NCBI GenBank assembly: GCA_051294905.1
Contig: CM119372.1
Span: forward strand, 12,278,001 to 12,342,000
Length of the DNA: 64,000 bases
Direction: 5' to 3'
From: Botryllus schlosseri
Taxonomy: Eukaryota
The notes under the pieces were generated by a model, which was given only the letters and a program-made list of their open reading frames with translations, made no database searches and was not told where the DNA came from. Both the position numbers and the translations under genes were made by a program. Below, piece after piece: positions 13,201 through 27,119 of the stretch; position 1 is the first letter of the stretch, and each line of letters begins with the position of its first letter.

Positions 13201-16200
13201 GAAATCCTAGTCGCTTACGCAAAACAATTCTCCACTCCAGCCTCGGCGAAGCGGAACGAAGCTGCAAAATCGGTCGTTGCTGTTCCAAGTTTAATTTCTA
13301 TACTTTCACTCTCTTTTCCATGCGTCCTCAACAGTGTCTGTTGCTGTCGATTTTTGAAGCCTCAACTTTACTTGATCTATCTGGGCTTTTCCTATGACGT
13401 ATGCATTGAGGGTAGCGATGTGGAACACAGCACAGACCTCCGACCCGTAGAAACTAGCAGAGATGAGCATGGATTAGGATTAGGTTTTGAAAAAACAGGA
13501 TTTGTGAAATTTTGTCGGATTTGGATTGGATTTGGATTAGACATTTTTTTCAGAACGGATTAGGATTTGGATTGGATTTATCTTTTTTCTGGGAGATTGA
13601 AATGTCCTGTGGCGAATGGCAACAAACTTTATTCAGATCAGTTATTAATGTACTTATGGTTACTAGGTTATCTTGAATTAAGTGAATCGTTGGTTGTGAA
13701 AGAAAATTTTCGAATCCCACCATTGCATAAATTAGTTTTTTTTTCTGAATTTCCAGTTGGAATCGGATTAGGATTGGACATGGACTTGAATATGAAAAAG
13801 TTATGGATTAGGATTTGGATTTGGATTTGAAGGTTCGGATTTGGATTGGATTAGGACATAGAAATTTCAAATCCGCTCATCTCTGGAAACTAGGCAGAGC
13901 CTGGGCTCGCACCAGCCACCAGTGGCGTCGCGACTGTGTCGCTTAACACACTACGCCACTTATTTCTCCATGCATAGTATTCGGTATTAGATAGGAATGA
14001 TCGATACAACCTTGGAGGTCAACTAGTCTGGTCTCACCCGCAGTAGTGTTGGGTAGCATTTTAAATCGTTCGAATTGCTAACGACAGGTATACTACAATG
14101 CTGGCGGCTGGTATTCCATAAGGATGGGTATGGTTGGTATTACTTAACATGAAGTCATGCTCTGCAAGCAGGGTTTTGGAGCCGGAGCCGGGGCCCCGGA
14201 GCCACGCATTTTCAGCGGAGCCGGAGCTCCTTATATAATTCAAGTGGATCCGGAGCTGGAGCAGGCTGTTTGGTAAGTAGCTCCGGCTCCGATGTATTTC
14301 ATAAGATGCTATATGCTGCTACTAATGGCTGGATTCACATCATTTTACGGTAATCGCTCACAAAATTGAGAAATGCTGACTTGTTAGACACTTGGAACCA
14401 CATTTTCTAACTAACCATGTTCAATTGTTCATGCATCGGCGCCAAACCCGGGTGGGCTGGATATGCCGCGCTTGTTCCGTAATTGCTGTGCTATGGGTAT
14501 TGGTCATACCCGTAATTTCGTCATCAGCACAAATCCAATGGCCAATTGTGTGGTTCAAAAAATCACCATGATCACCAGGTAGGCTTCGTCACAAAACGGG
14601 ATTGATGCTTATTTGAGCTGAGCCATTTAACTAATTAGCAATGAGACGAATATATAAGCGACGTCAGACGATAAAAAAACGTGACTTTACACATTTCGAT
14701 TTGGAGGCGCGCACGCCGCACGCCGAGACACAACGTCTCGTTTCTGAATTAGATGAGCAAATGCACGTTCTTTGTTGATTGTTTTTTAATCGTAGCGCGA
14801 CATCAGATAGTGTGTTATTGTGTATGCCCACGAATTGAAATTAATTCCAACGCATGATCGTTTACTCAAGTAACAATTTGCGAACGTAAAATGCACCGAA
14901 GCAGTCCGCATACTATTGTCGCGATGCGGGCTAGTCAATGCAATGTCCGACCCCCCTGCCCCTGGTCTTGGATATAAGAGGGCAATTAGTGGTCGGATGC
15001 GCGCTTTTCACTTTGTAATCATCATTTTTTTTTGTATTAATTCTTGTCTGCTTAATACACTCCTATTCTTGAATTGTCGCACAACGTCATATGTGAGCTT
15101 ACTGACTTGTCCAGTGCACGGCGTTAAATTAAGTGGTAAAATATTGACGGAACAAGAATTAACACACGGCATTAATTCCGAGTTTATTCGATTCGTTTGA
15201 AGGGGAACCTTCTATATTCCACTAACTTGATCGACGATGAACGGACTGGTAACGAGCGCACCAATATCGAATTTCAAACCATTGGGTATTTGGTAAACAG
15301 TGGATTTATGCCGATAAGGTCGCGACATGCATGCGCTAATTTTGCAGTTACACTTGAACAAATCATTTCATCATCATCATTTCAAGATTAAATTCGACTG
15401 TCTAGGTCAGTGGTTCCCAACGTGGGCGATATCGGTGTTGAGCTTGAAATGGGGGCGATGGCTCGAAAAAGGTTGGGAACCACTGGTCTAGGTTGATATT
15501 AACGAGCGCAATGCCGGTATGAAAACGTCACGTCACTGTTTTAATGCTGTATAATGTGTACAGTACATAGCAATGGCTTTGAGTATAGTGCGTTCTCGTG
15601 CGGCTATGACGTCATCGACAGGCGACAAGAAGTAATTACACGTCACAGGACTTTGCATGCCCACAAAATGACGGTATCTTGCGACGGCAACAACCGAACA
15701 TTCGATAGCAGTGGTATCAAAGACCTCCGGAGCTGATTTGTGATAGAAGAGAGCTTCGGAGCTGGAGCTGGAGCATTTTAAAATTTACCAATGCGCCAAA
15801 GCCCTGTTTGCAAGCTACATTGGTTGCAGTCGCAGTATACCTTTACAAGAGTTTAGCCAGCCTGAGTACACGCTGGATTAACCGCATTGATCAATTCAGT
15901 ATCCAATTCCCCGCGGAAAAAATTACAACCACATAATCGAAATGTGCGTACTGCTTGTAGCTAGAAAACAAATAATTTACATACCAACAAATTGGCCACA
16001 TATAGTCTCTTTGTCACTAACTGTACAAATATTGCACACCTGTCCAATTTAGGCCAACCAAACGGCCACGCCACTGCTCCTGGTGGGGAGGCACGATCCA
16101 CAAGATAATATAAACATCCGACGCTGTCGACCCATTCTTCCCTTTCGCCGCAACAGAATTTCGCTATCCGTCTCTTGATAGAGAAGCACGCGCTCTTCGC

Positions 16201-19200
16201 CATGTCCAATCTGGACTGCGACGAAACAAAATATTGATTACACAACACACACGCGGGAGGTGATTATCCGAATCTAGAATTAAACTCTCGTATAATTTTA
16301 TGAAACTGCGAATTTTATTCAGTACCAAACGGCTTTATGGCGATACGATTTCTTCTATTGGAAAAAAAATATTTGCTGGCTATACCTATAAATATGGATT
16401 TAAATACTTGTTATGCGGGTACCGATGAATACGAATATTGTTATGTTCGTATATTCAAGCTAATATTTGGCGTCCAATAACATCGATTGAGAAACCAAAA
16501 TACTAACACATATGTAAGAATAAACAATTGAGAAAATCAATTACGTCGATCATTAAATTTTAATTGGATCATCTAAATACGCGCATCGCCACAAAGAGGT
16601 TGTCGCTAGTCAATAACGATTTGGATAGATTTATATATTACCCCAGTACATGTTATCTGGTTATTGCTAAATAAAAATCGCATATTCACTTGCCCAGAGC
16701 AGTCATAAAATATTATATACTCTATAATCCATTCTTCTGCAGCTGGAAGTACTATTGGTTTGTTTGTGCCATAAAAGCTTTGTCAGCATGCGAGAATTTA
16801 GCTGAACATTGTCAATATAATAATATATGCAGTACATGACATAGTCAGATTGTCTCTGTGTACGTACTTGCTTTTCTTCGACCCTCGATACATTTCTTTG
16901 GACATTCAACGGGCCGGCTGAACCAACGCTCTTTATGATTTGAGCTGTCCCCCCGAAGCCGCAAAATAACGCCCAGTCGTACGCACAATACTTTCGGCCG
17001 TGATCACGTTTCTCGACGTCTGCCCCTTATATGGTCGCAAAGAGATATAATGTAAGAGGACTATATGTTGGTAGGATTAATTGGCCATCCACAATCAACA
17101 TGATGTACCATGGAGAGCTAATTTCAATTGTGTAGTTGTCGGATTACTGAACGCGGCGCAAGGTTGATACATTGACACGAACCGTCACTATCTTCGACGC
17201 GTAATGATGGTTGCAACGATGGGGTACAAAATTAGTCAATGCTCAATTGCTCATCATCTGCTTTCCATTCACGAGAATACAGCTACCGAATAAGCTATTT
17301 GCTTACAGCACCTCGGTCACTTGATTAGTTGCGACTTGCGTAGCCTACAGCAGCGACTCTCTTCTGAGTCTGTGCTGATGGCAGAGTTTTTATTCTATAA
17401 GCTTCGTATTAGGGTCGTACGCGTAACAAAATTTTACGGCGAAAATAAGTGGTACGCTAAAACGCGCAAAAATAATTCGTGTTCAGAGGTCAAATTGCAG
17501 CACCAAAAGAACACCAACAACAAAGGTTCGAAATCCATTGCACGTGCCAACGCACCGACTCATTTCATTGTGTTAGCTGTTGATTGCGCCGGTACAGATT
17601 ACTATTCTTCGAATAATTATGGCATCCGCCGGATAGCTGCGTAAACCATATTAGAATTGTGCCTTTTGATATCTTTCGTAACAATTAAGTATAAAAATAC
17701 TGTTCAAATTATGTATTCACAGCATAAAAATTGATATTCACAACAATCACGAGGCCTGATTTTGGATGCAAGCAGCATCCGCCGAAGTCAGCGCGTGGTG
17801 AATAGGACCGCGTAGAGTGAATAGCGATGACGCGAGGTAATCGTATAATCGAGCATAGGGACAAGGCTAGTAGTATTAGTCAATAATAGTATGAATATAT
17901 TCCACAAAAAACGTAAATAATTTCACTATCAACGAGTGTTACATAATTATCTGTACTCGAATATTCAAGTTTATTCTGTTTTCTGTAGCTTAAGCAGACT
18001 GTGATTAGAATTACGACAATGGTGATGTAAGGCATGACAACAACTTCGCCACGTGAGCCGCGTAAGCAATGTCTTAAAGCCTTATAGAAGTGGACCGTGC
18101 TACAAGTCGGTAAATACGGTAACATAATAAACAATATCGGCCTGGTGTAAAATGACCAGTGTAGTCGAAACACCACGAATATCATGAATATCAAAACAAC
18201 AACAACAACAACAACTACAACAACAACAACTTGGCTTGTACAAACACTGCGGTGACTTTGGTGATAAGCTGAGCTTATTAAACTCACGGAATTCCGGTGT
18301 CACGCAGGATAGTAGAATTTTAAATATATACGGTGTACGCGCCTACTTGATAGGGTACTGCGTCATGACGCTATAGTCACGGCGGTTGTTTCCACTCACA
18401 ACCGAGCCGCATTATTACTACGCTGCAAGACTTGTAATCCATACTACAACTGTTCACACTGCACAAACATACTTCTACCCCTACAATGAAATCAGCCAGT
18501 ACAAATATTTGTTGCTTTCTCGCTCTCCCTAAGGTTAAGCTGCATAACATCTCTCTGTCCATACCAACGATAGAGCTGAGGACCACAATGGCTCTTCAGT
18601 AGTCAGTCATTTATTCCTTCATTTATTCGTCGGAAAATTTATCATTTCGAAGCATCGCAAGTACGACGAAATATAAGAAAGTATTTCGAAATTACGTCCC
18701 GCTCCCGACTTGGATATATCGCGCACACAAGGAGATATAATATATGTTTTGGAATGGAAATGGTATTTTACACTACTCAACTATACATTGTTTCTGCAAC
18801 CGTGAACTACATTTATATAAGTCGCATGTTTCATGTAATGACCGGGTAACTGTTACTGAGATATTTTAATGTGCCAATACGCAAAGCAAAAGTAGTTCGA
18901 AATAATCCAGAGGATTATTTACATAGAGGAATAGTTTACGTCAATTTGTACATCAGTAATGCTATGGGGAATAGTTGACATTATCTAGCTGATCGTTTCA
19001 GTCAGAGAGTAAGAGGGCAGATGGGCTGTCTCTACAGCTACATCCTCATATCTTGACCGCAAGATTCCATCGAGTTTGTAGTGAAATCACGCCGGTTGAC
19101 AGCCACATGGCGTTTGTTCATTTCATTCATGTATTCAATACAATGTAGGCGAGTATACCCGCATGAATAATACATGCGTTCAGCGTTGGCCTATAATGTA

Positions 19201-22200
19201 CTGAACCAAGGAATGGAATTTTGATATAAATCGCCCATAGAGATAACGATTGTTCAATTGTTCATAGGGAATAACATCCGATAGGTGTAACTGCTAAAAC
19301 TTGATACCAATCCCTATCACATGAAAAAATAGAATATATGAAGAGTATTTTTGTATTGGAACACCGCGCAGCAAAACACGACGTCACCAATTATTTAATT
19401 TTAGTTTATATCACTATGACTATCCAAAAATCAAATAGTGTTACTACTTATGATATGCATGTAAGTAAGCTGTTGTACAGTACAGGCTATTTAGGCGGAC
19501 TTTTTTTCGGATCCCTTGTTCAAGCATGAAGCAGATACGCATTACATCAATCGGGAACCCAAAGTAGAGGCATATTCCAGCGATTTCTATAAGTATAATT
19601 ATTAGTTAGTTATCTTTGCTCGTGCGTTGAATAGTGGTGATGGTCATGATCAATATCCACCTCATAACCTAACACTTAAATGATATTTAACGATATGATA
19701 CAGCCCAAGAACGGAAAATTGCAGAAATAAGTGTTAGTTTTCAAGCCGAAGAAAGGGTCTGGAAATGATTATTTCTGGCGAAATGGTGATAGATAGTGTC
19801 TCGCGGTATCATAATAACGCCAGATGATACCGACGTAACTCATTATACATCATCATCAACTTATTATTGGAACCAGTTATACGCGATATGTATCTGAGCT
19901 GTGCCGATTATAGTTCGGAGTAAGACGATACTGTTGAATTGTCCGTAAGAACCTTTATAATTTGTCAACCCTTGTAAACAGCCGGATTTCGAAAATGTAC
20001 TCGTGTGCAGTATACAGTGCAGAATGTGAAAATTCTTACCAGCGACAATTAGGATTCTCGCACAGTGAGAATGCCCCTGAAGAGCTGTCTTCATCAATGC
20101 GGTCAGTCCGAAAATGTTCTCAGCATCTATTTCAATTTTGTCGTAACTCCAAAGTAGAAACCGTATGATTTCGCTGTGACCTATAAATTCAGATTATATC
20201 ATATTCCATTCATTGCCTTCATGTCCAATTGATTTTTATATATCATCTATGTTTGATAAGGTTTTCTACTATAGGAGTTGACTATCGTTGAGGTCTGTGT
20301 ATCTGTATATAGTTTGAGGCGGGTAAAACTAAATACACCAAGTCCAGAGGTACATTTATGAATATTACGCTGATCAGTTCAAATGCTGATACTCAGCCTG
20401 GATATTTCACAACGTTCTACCAGCAGCCATGTTTCAAACTGAAACAGTTGACCATAATGTGCAGTGTGCACTGAATATGAGATGATTTCATATTTTGCAA
20501 TCCGAATTCAGATCTTAAATTAATCTCAAGGTCGCATAAATATTCAAAGCCATTCGACAAATGTCGAAGTCAACACCCGATCCGGATCCTGTCGTATGCG
20601 TACAATTTAAAATCGTTGCGTATTTGTGCAATGTGACTAAAACAGCGAATACTTGTGCGAAACACACATCCACGCTTAATTGGTCCCAGTACGACAATCA
20701 CATTTGTCCATCCGATTTGAAGGTATTGTTCGATAGCGTGCTATGGCTTCGATTTATTACTTTTCACGAAAAGCATCAATATGTATTTGTATAGTCACCA
20801 GAGGTGGTCAAAGTAGTCAAGAAAGCCACTCAAGCAGAAGTAGAAGTAGCAGCAACGAAAAAAATCTATTCAAGTACGAGTAGAAGTACTTCTTTCATAA
20901 GCAACCTAAAACTACTTGAAGTAGAAGTAGAATTGACTGACTTTAAATCTACTCAATCAAGTAAGTAGTTGAGAAAACGATGGTAATTCGTTCGCATGGA
21001 CTGTCAAAAGGTGCAAATGGAGCTATGCGGAAGGTGTAGAGAGCTTGATTCATATTGATGCATCCCAGAAGGTGATAGTATTGATATGGAAATGCGATAC
21101 TATGCGTGCGTTTGTTTACTCGAATAGAGAATATCATGGCATGGCACCCTCCCCCATACTATAAGGCCCCTAGTTCAGTCGAAGAGCAATACGGAGCAGT
21201 TGTGTCGGATACGGCTTTAACGCTTTGCGTGATTAGCATACGTTATTTAAAAATGTGGCATATCGTAAAATGCCATATAGTGTATAGCTTTATTTTCGGA
21301 AAATATAAGGCATTACTACATTTGCTTTTATACATCCGCATGTATGTTCTTCAGACAAAAGAACTGAAACTACAATTAGTACTCAACGTATAATACTCGT
21401 ATTTGAAAGAAAAATACAAATACTACTTCTAAAAAGCGGAAAATATATTTCATGTCATTTGTCCAGAAAGCTTCGACGGTGGTCTGCTAAAACTGGTCCA
21501 AGTCAAAGTCGAAGTCCACTCTTCCAGATTAGGACACGTCATGGGCTGCTAGGTATAATAGGTAATTGCTAGATTTCGAAACGGTAGTTTCAAACGTTTC
21601 GGGGCCATACTTACTGAAATATTTGATATAGGCGACAATGCGGTTTGAACGGAACCACGCAACCCGCCGGTATCTATATTATATTCAGCGATACTTTCGT
21701 TAAAAAATATTTGTCACTTTATATCTACTGTGCGCGAAGTGCAACGAAAATTCTGGGTCTTACATGACTTTTATGAAAATGAAATGTTGGTACTACGTGA
21801 AAACAGCCCCGAAACTCCTTAGGCTATTTTTTGGGGGGGATTAAACTACTTCTACTTGAAAAACTGAAAATAGCGAAAAGTAAGTAAGTAGTTCACAAAG
21901 TATTACGAAGTAGAAGTAGAAGTAGCGAAAAAAGATCAACTTGAGTAGGTACCAGAAGTAGAGGAAAACTATTTGAGTACTTCGAAAAAGTAGAAGTACT
22001 TCGTCACTGACCACCTCTGCTAGTCAGATGCACAATGCACATGATATGGAAGTAGTTTCATGTCGTGAGATAAGCGGATGAAGTTTTCACCATCATATAT
22101 GATGGACAGCGAAGAGTGGTATGAGCTATAGTTTGCCATATTTATAGACAACCGTATCTCAGTTAATAGTCGCAAACCTGCTTGGGATGCCAGCATCAAT

Positions 22201-22997
22201 GCCGTGTTCCCTTCACTGTCTCTTTTATTTATGTTGTCGTTGTCAGTGACCGCGATTTGCTTCACGACGGATAAATACCCGGACAAACTGGCCAACATCA
22301 TCGACGTCTGTTAATATAGCGTTGCTGTAACTGTAACTGTAGGGAGCTGAATTCCTTGAAATGAATACCTACTTGACCGTTTTTCCTCGATCTGTTCAAA
22401 TTAGCCTTCAAGTGAAAATCGATGTAATTGCATTTTGCTGTTTCCTCTGCGACATCTCTGTGGATACAAACTTTCAAAAATTATTTCCATTTTCGACTGG
22501 GATAGTAAAATAAACGTCCCGAATTATTCCCTTTCATGACTTATTGAATTCATGTTCTGAATACGACAATGGCTGGAAACTAACATCAGATATCGCTCAT
22601 ATCATAGATGATTGTTAAATAATTTCCAATTCGATCGGTATAGCTAAGGAAGCGAGTATAGTTATGTTTTAATTATGATGATTGCACTTCATTGCACGGC
22701 GCATTGGATAAGCGAAAAATCGTGATGTGATGTATGTATTGATTTGGATATCACTGACCTACGGAGATTAGTTAGCTATAATTGAGGTGCGATATCAACA
22801 ATTATAGATTCATCATACAGCATAGGATTGACCACGATAATAATAACTCACGTGGACTCAGTTTCATCATCTGGAGGGATGTTTTCTGGAGATGAAGTGT
22901 TGCTGTTTGGATTTGACCCTTCGGCGCAATGAACATCCATGTCACCTTCATCACAGTCGACAATGACTAGAGTGGCATTGTTGTTACTGTCATTCAT
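10263..22997 (-). CDS. ANKRD33B: ANKRD33/ANKRD33B-like ankyrin repeat protein (~386 aa model)
   Basis: Phase-consistent exons 22997-22852 (ATG, acidic N-terminus), 22457-22373, 22307-22178, 20180-20040, 17025-16868, 16801-16721, 16215-16040, 10506-10263 (stop). Peptide NGQTSMMLASLSG...DSEGNTALMLASQAG|HSEIIRFLL...ENIFGLTALMKTALQG..CARILIVAG|ADVEKRDHGRKYCAYDWALFCG and C-terminal DENHLYVP follow the ANKRD33/33B pattern. Ankyrin exons are strong; the last three exons and possible extra exons are less certain. Confidence 0.7.
10778..12028. mobile_element. non-autonomous hAT element, AGTAGA family, ~1.25 kb
   Basis: TIRs cagagggggtcagta / ctactttgactacctctg; degenerate TSD cgcaaaag/cacaaaaa; near full-length reverse-complement copy at 20799-22019. 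Confidence 0.85.
12708..13302. mobile_element. foldback/palindromic DNA element with ~260-bp inverted arms
   Basis: Arms 12708-12969 and ~13042-13302 are near-perfect reverse complements around a ~70-bp spacer; flanked by the 7-bp direct repeat ctttcac. Confidence 0.85.
13405..13960 (-). mobile_element. second tRNA-derived SINE family, interrupted by a MITE
   Basis: Minus strand reads gtggcgtagtgtgttaagcg (A-box-like)...ggtgcgagccc (B-box-like) and continues across the 13458-13885 insertion. Confidence 0.5.
13458..13885. mobile_element. hAT-type MITE (GGATT repeats)
   Basis: TIR cagagatgagc / gctcatctctg; perfect 8-bp TSD gaaactag. Confidence 0.9.
14169..15806. mobile_element. non-autonomous hAT element (GGAGCC repeats)
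   Basis: TIR cagggttttgg / ccaaagccctg; TSD tctgcaag/tttgcaag. Confidence 0.8.
15408..15485. mobile_element. 78-bp minimal hAT MITE nested in 14169-15806
   Basis: TIR cagtggttcccaac / gttgggaaccactg; perfect TSD gtctaggt; same ends as 49957-50333. Confidence 0.9.
18050..18230 (+). mobile_element. 5'-truncated tRNA-derived SINE (family 1) with (CAA)n tail
   Basis: gaagtggaccgtgctacaagtcgg...ggcctggtgtaaaatgacc...tagtcgaaacacc followed by (caa)n. Confidence 0.7.
20799..22019. mobile_element. non-autonomous hAT element, AGTAGA family (inverted copy of 10778-12028)
   Basis: TIR cagaggtggtca / tgaccacctctg; TSD atagtcac/ctagtcag; internal sequence colinear with the reverse complement of 10778-12028. 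Confidence 0.85.
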
Positions 22998-23844
22998 ACT
23001 AGTGTAGGTAGACATTCAGCTAAATCATTTTTAAATAGGTGACGTCGGGATGCCATACTTGCAAAATAATCACTGCATCTATCATATCGCCTAAATATAC
23101 AATGAATTGGAATCAGGTTGAATAGAAACACAATTAACCTTAGCCTTAAGTATATAGCCATACAGTTACAGAATCAGGAGTTACATATACGTCAGTATGG
23201 ATAGAGTCATATTTCGATCCATTTTCCTTTCAAGATTAACCCCCCTTTTGGTCTGTAATTAAGTATAAGCGGTGATGAATGTGAAGTTCTAGATTGCATG
23301 GTCATCGGATAAATGCTATAATATGGGCTAATTCCAGGGCATGATAGTATGGTATGGTATAAAAGGAAAACTTCAATATTCCATACTTGACTAACTCTTT
23401 CCATACCTTCATACCTTATTTGATACATTTGCCATACTTTCTACTTCTTGCGGTGGGATAAATATAATGCCATTTCTAACACATGGACGTAATACTAGCC
23501 TATACTTGAACCAAGCCAGATGGAGGTATCATTCTAGGCCCTAGTGGTAAATAGTATAAAGATAGATGCTACTGTCAATTTGTCTTTATCTCCAGCAAAC
23601 AAAATCAGATGGAAGGACAATTGACGTTTAGGGGCTAATATTTATGACTTGTGACTGCGATAGTCCATCCACGTGAATATCATGGTTTTACGTGAAGTAT
23701 TTACCGTACTAAATCAGACAGGCATTTGCGTTGTATGTGAATCTACTGCAGAGAACAGCGTTCGCCTAAATAGGATAATCCTTTCCTTGTGGGAAAGTTT
23801 GAAAAACCCCTACCCCAGCAAGGTCTAATCGTGATTATATATAG

Positions 23845-24400
23845 CAGTGGTTCCCAAAGTGGGCGCCAGCGACTTTGAAGGGAGGACCATCTACAAACTG
23901 GGCGATTGGGGGCTCTGAGAGTAAAAAAGGGACGTTATGCACTACCGAATCCTCTATGGAATATCCGTTAATTAATAGCTATATTTGTGTATATATATGC
24001 AAGCTTTCAATCTGAAATCGTCAGCAACGTATTATTGGCCAGCGAGGCTTATTGAACACACATTTATAAACGCCTGTACAACCAGAATAATGAATTTTTA
24101 AGAGCATTAATGCACCGCAACGAACTCGAACGAAGTATAATGACATTCGAAGGGAAATTGCCTTGCACGTTCTATCCCTTGATAGTGTCTGTCCTGAAAT
24201 TTCTACAAAGCTGTGACTCTGAAATAACGTGTATCGTGCCACAATTATATTTATCTAAAATGGCCATAAGCGCCAACGTGTGAGAACAGTAAACAAAACA
24301 ACTTTTTGTCGTTGTTGGGGGTAGGGGTCGTTTGGTATGTGCTGGATTATTGCCAAGAGGGCCGTTGTCGCATTGTTTGGGAAGCATTGTTATAAAGTTT
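23845..24400. mobile_element. degraded hAT element fragment
   Basis: Left end cagtggttcccaaagtgggcg; minus-strand relic CFVYCSHTLALMA resembles the hAT CxxH motif; right end not found. Confidence 0.4.
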
Positions 24401-24714
24401 CTAAGAACTCACTGAAGGATTCTTTTTCAAAATTCGTTCAAAACACGAAAAACAAACGACTAACTTCAAATTCCCTTCTCATCAAATGAATTTTCGAACG
24501 AATAAGCATCTAGTAAAGCAGTGGTTCTCTACCTTATTCTTTACTTGTACCACCTCGAGGTTCTATGATTTTGTTGGGTACCAACAAATTAACGAAAAAC
24601 TCAATTTTATTCCAAATGTATTATTATTAATACGGGCGGATTGGCAAATAAGTCGGCCCGGAAATTTCGAGCTAATGCGGCCTATGAGCTAATCTATCCC
24701 TGATTATTACTAGC

Positions 24715-24947
24715 CATAGGTTGTCAAAGTAGTCACCGTCGCTACTCAAGTAGAAGTAGTAGTGGTGATTCATAAGTAAGAAAGTAGGTATTCTACGCTT
24801 ATTTTTGCCTACAAAACTGAAAACTGTCAGGTAGAAGTAGAAGTAGAAGTAGTCTAGAATCATAACTACTTAAAAAGTAGTGTGAGTAGGCAAAATCTAC
24901 TCTAAGTACTTCAATAGGTAGAAGTACTTCGCTACTAACCACCTCTG
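24715..24947. mobile_element. short hAT MITE, AGTAGA family
   Basis: cataggttgtcaaagtagtc / ctaaccacctctg; TSD ttactagc/ttattaac. Confidence 0.7.
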
Positions 24948-26524
24948 TTATTAACACACACTAACAAGGCAAAATTCCATGGCTATTCCCATAATCCATC
25001 GATAAACTCAGTATAAATAATGGTGTGCGGGCAGCGAAGGTAAGTGTGTGGCAGTGCCTTAGCTGGCGTCAGGAGGAGCAAAAGAAAACTGCGAAACCTT
25101 CAATGGTTTTAACATCAAAAATTATGGTTATTTTCTATCGATTTACATGTATGACTAAATTTTAAACATTTTTCCCCTAAAATAACGGAATTTATGTATG
25201 GTCAGTTAGGCCACACCTCTGATAGCGCAATTCATCATAAACAGCTCGGAATCTGTAATATCTGGTATTAATTAATCGATTCTATTGTCGCTCTGATTAG
25301 TGATTAGGATTATCTCAATATGAATAATGTCAGAGCACGGGAAAATCTCCATAATCGCTTAGAAATGTGAAATTCGGCTTTCTTACGTACAATGACAGCA
25401 CACGGAAACGCTGTCAAGTGAGGCACAAACGAATTTCCGTCACTCATTGTTGGCTGACAATCCTATAATCGCAGCGCAATGGCTTCGCAAACCGACGGTG
25501 TCGTACGAATCGTGTAGTTGCGACGGCCAACATCTCGTGCAGACCAAATGCATTTCCGTACTGATATAGCACGTAGCACCGTGTTAAGAGTGCTAATGTG
25601 ATAAGAAACAAGTTGCCAACTGAACCAGCTACCATTTTGGGTTTATATAGTATATTATAGTCACCAAGAACTGTAGAGCTTAGTCATAGCACCGAGAAAC
25701 ATGATGCATGAAATGAATGTTATTAAAACAAACACAGATCACCATAGTAAATGCAAATATAGATAAAAAAAAGAGGGCAAGCGAGACATGAATACGGTTG
25801 CTCAGCTCATTGGTAGCTAATGATTGCGTTCATATCAACGACAAGGAAATAACAGCTCACTCACTCATTTATAAAAGTTTTGATCATTTCAAAACACGTC
25901 ATTATTGCTATACCAAGAAACGAATGGGAGACTGTGTCGAAACACGGCTTGACAAAGCCTATAACTTAAACGACCACCTCCACCTTCACAATACACTATA
26001 AAACTGCACCCGCGCGGCTGTGCTGTGTGCAACTGTGTCTGCGCTAGAGCTCAACTGAATTACAATATCACTAGGCCTGTCTTCAGTCTTCATACACTGT
26101 TTATTAATCTATTGATTTCCTAGATTAACTTGCAGCGCTCTGGGCATAATGTCGATACTGACAATATTCAGTATCTGGATAGGGATTTCACTCTATTCCA
26201 ATTCTTCCGCGACAGTTGACAAATGCGATTGGAATCTCAGAAATACGTAAAGTAGACCCAATACGAGTTGAGCAGGAAAGCAGATGGCGCAAACTATTTA
26301 CGCCCTCACTGAGCTGCTCATCGATTTTTCTGCAGGTATAGATTTGCGATCCGAAGCTTTTTTCAACCCGTTCGTTTGTAGCCTCTAAACACTGATATAG
26401 TGACGGGAAAATCGAACTTCCTTTTCATCTTCGCCTCGCAGAGAAATTTCGACGCCCATTGCGCTACTAGATCGTCAAATGCGCGGGCAGCATGTCGTTG
26501 TTTTTGACAAATGTAACTTGGAGC

Positions 26525-27119
26525 CAGGGTTGTAACCAAGTCACGAGGCTCCGAGTCACAAGTCAATCTCACTTTTATAGTTTTGACTCGAGTCAAGTCG
26601 AGTCATTTTCAATTCACCACCGAGTCAAGTCCGAGTCCAAGTCACCGAGCAGAGGGTCGAGTCCGAGTCATGGTAATATGACTCGAGTCGAGTCCAAGTC
26701 ATTGTGTTGACTGCCCAGTTTCCAGTTAAAGGCTTGTTAAATCCACTTTTTATAACTCTGTTTGGTGATATCGAATGGTTCGCATTTATAATATACTAAT
26801 TTTCGTCATTTTTAGCAGTTTCTGGACGCGTTTTCAAGTACCAGTACCAATAGACGAAATCCCAATAGTGTGATTACTTTCTATTCCTCGAAATTACAAT
26901 GAAACGTCGGTCTTGGCCGTCTGAGTCTCGAGTCATATGACTTGGTTCGAGTCATGCGCAATGACTCGAGTCCAAGTCGAGTCAATTCACAAATTGACTC
27001 GATTCGAGTCGAGTCATTTCCGTATTTTGAGAAAATGACTCGAGTCAAGTCGAGTCATCTGAAAAACGTGACTCGAGTCGGACTCGAGTCGAGTCATGAC
27101 TCGAGTCATTACAACCCTG
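26525..27119. mobile_element. hAT MITE with GACTCGAGTC repeats
   Basis: TIR cagggttgtaa / ttacaaccctg; perfect TSD cttggagc; second copy inverted at 40346-40881. Confidence 0.9.

Noticed and set aside
12826..13563. paired similar ORFs on opposite strands
   Set aside because: Artefact of the palindromic foldback element
16945..16956. apparent frameshift at the G-run in an ANKRD33-like exon
   Set aside because: Recounting gives six G on the minus strand, so the frame is open (GFGGTAQ)
17880..18303. poly-Val / poly-Cys ORFs
   Set aside because: Translations of the SINE (CAA)n tail
23334..23440. TGGTA/CCATA-rich segment also seen at ~47880-48010
   Set aside because: Probably eroded MITE ends; no paired TIR or TSD could be defined
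26525..27119. CRISPR-like or satellite array of GACTCGAGTC
   Set aside because: Irregular short motifs inside a TIR/TSD-bounded MITE in a eukaryotic context; no repeat-spacer periodicity and no cas genes
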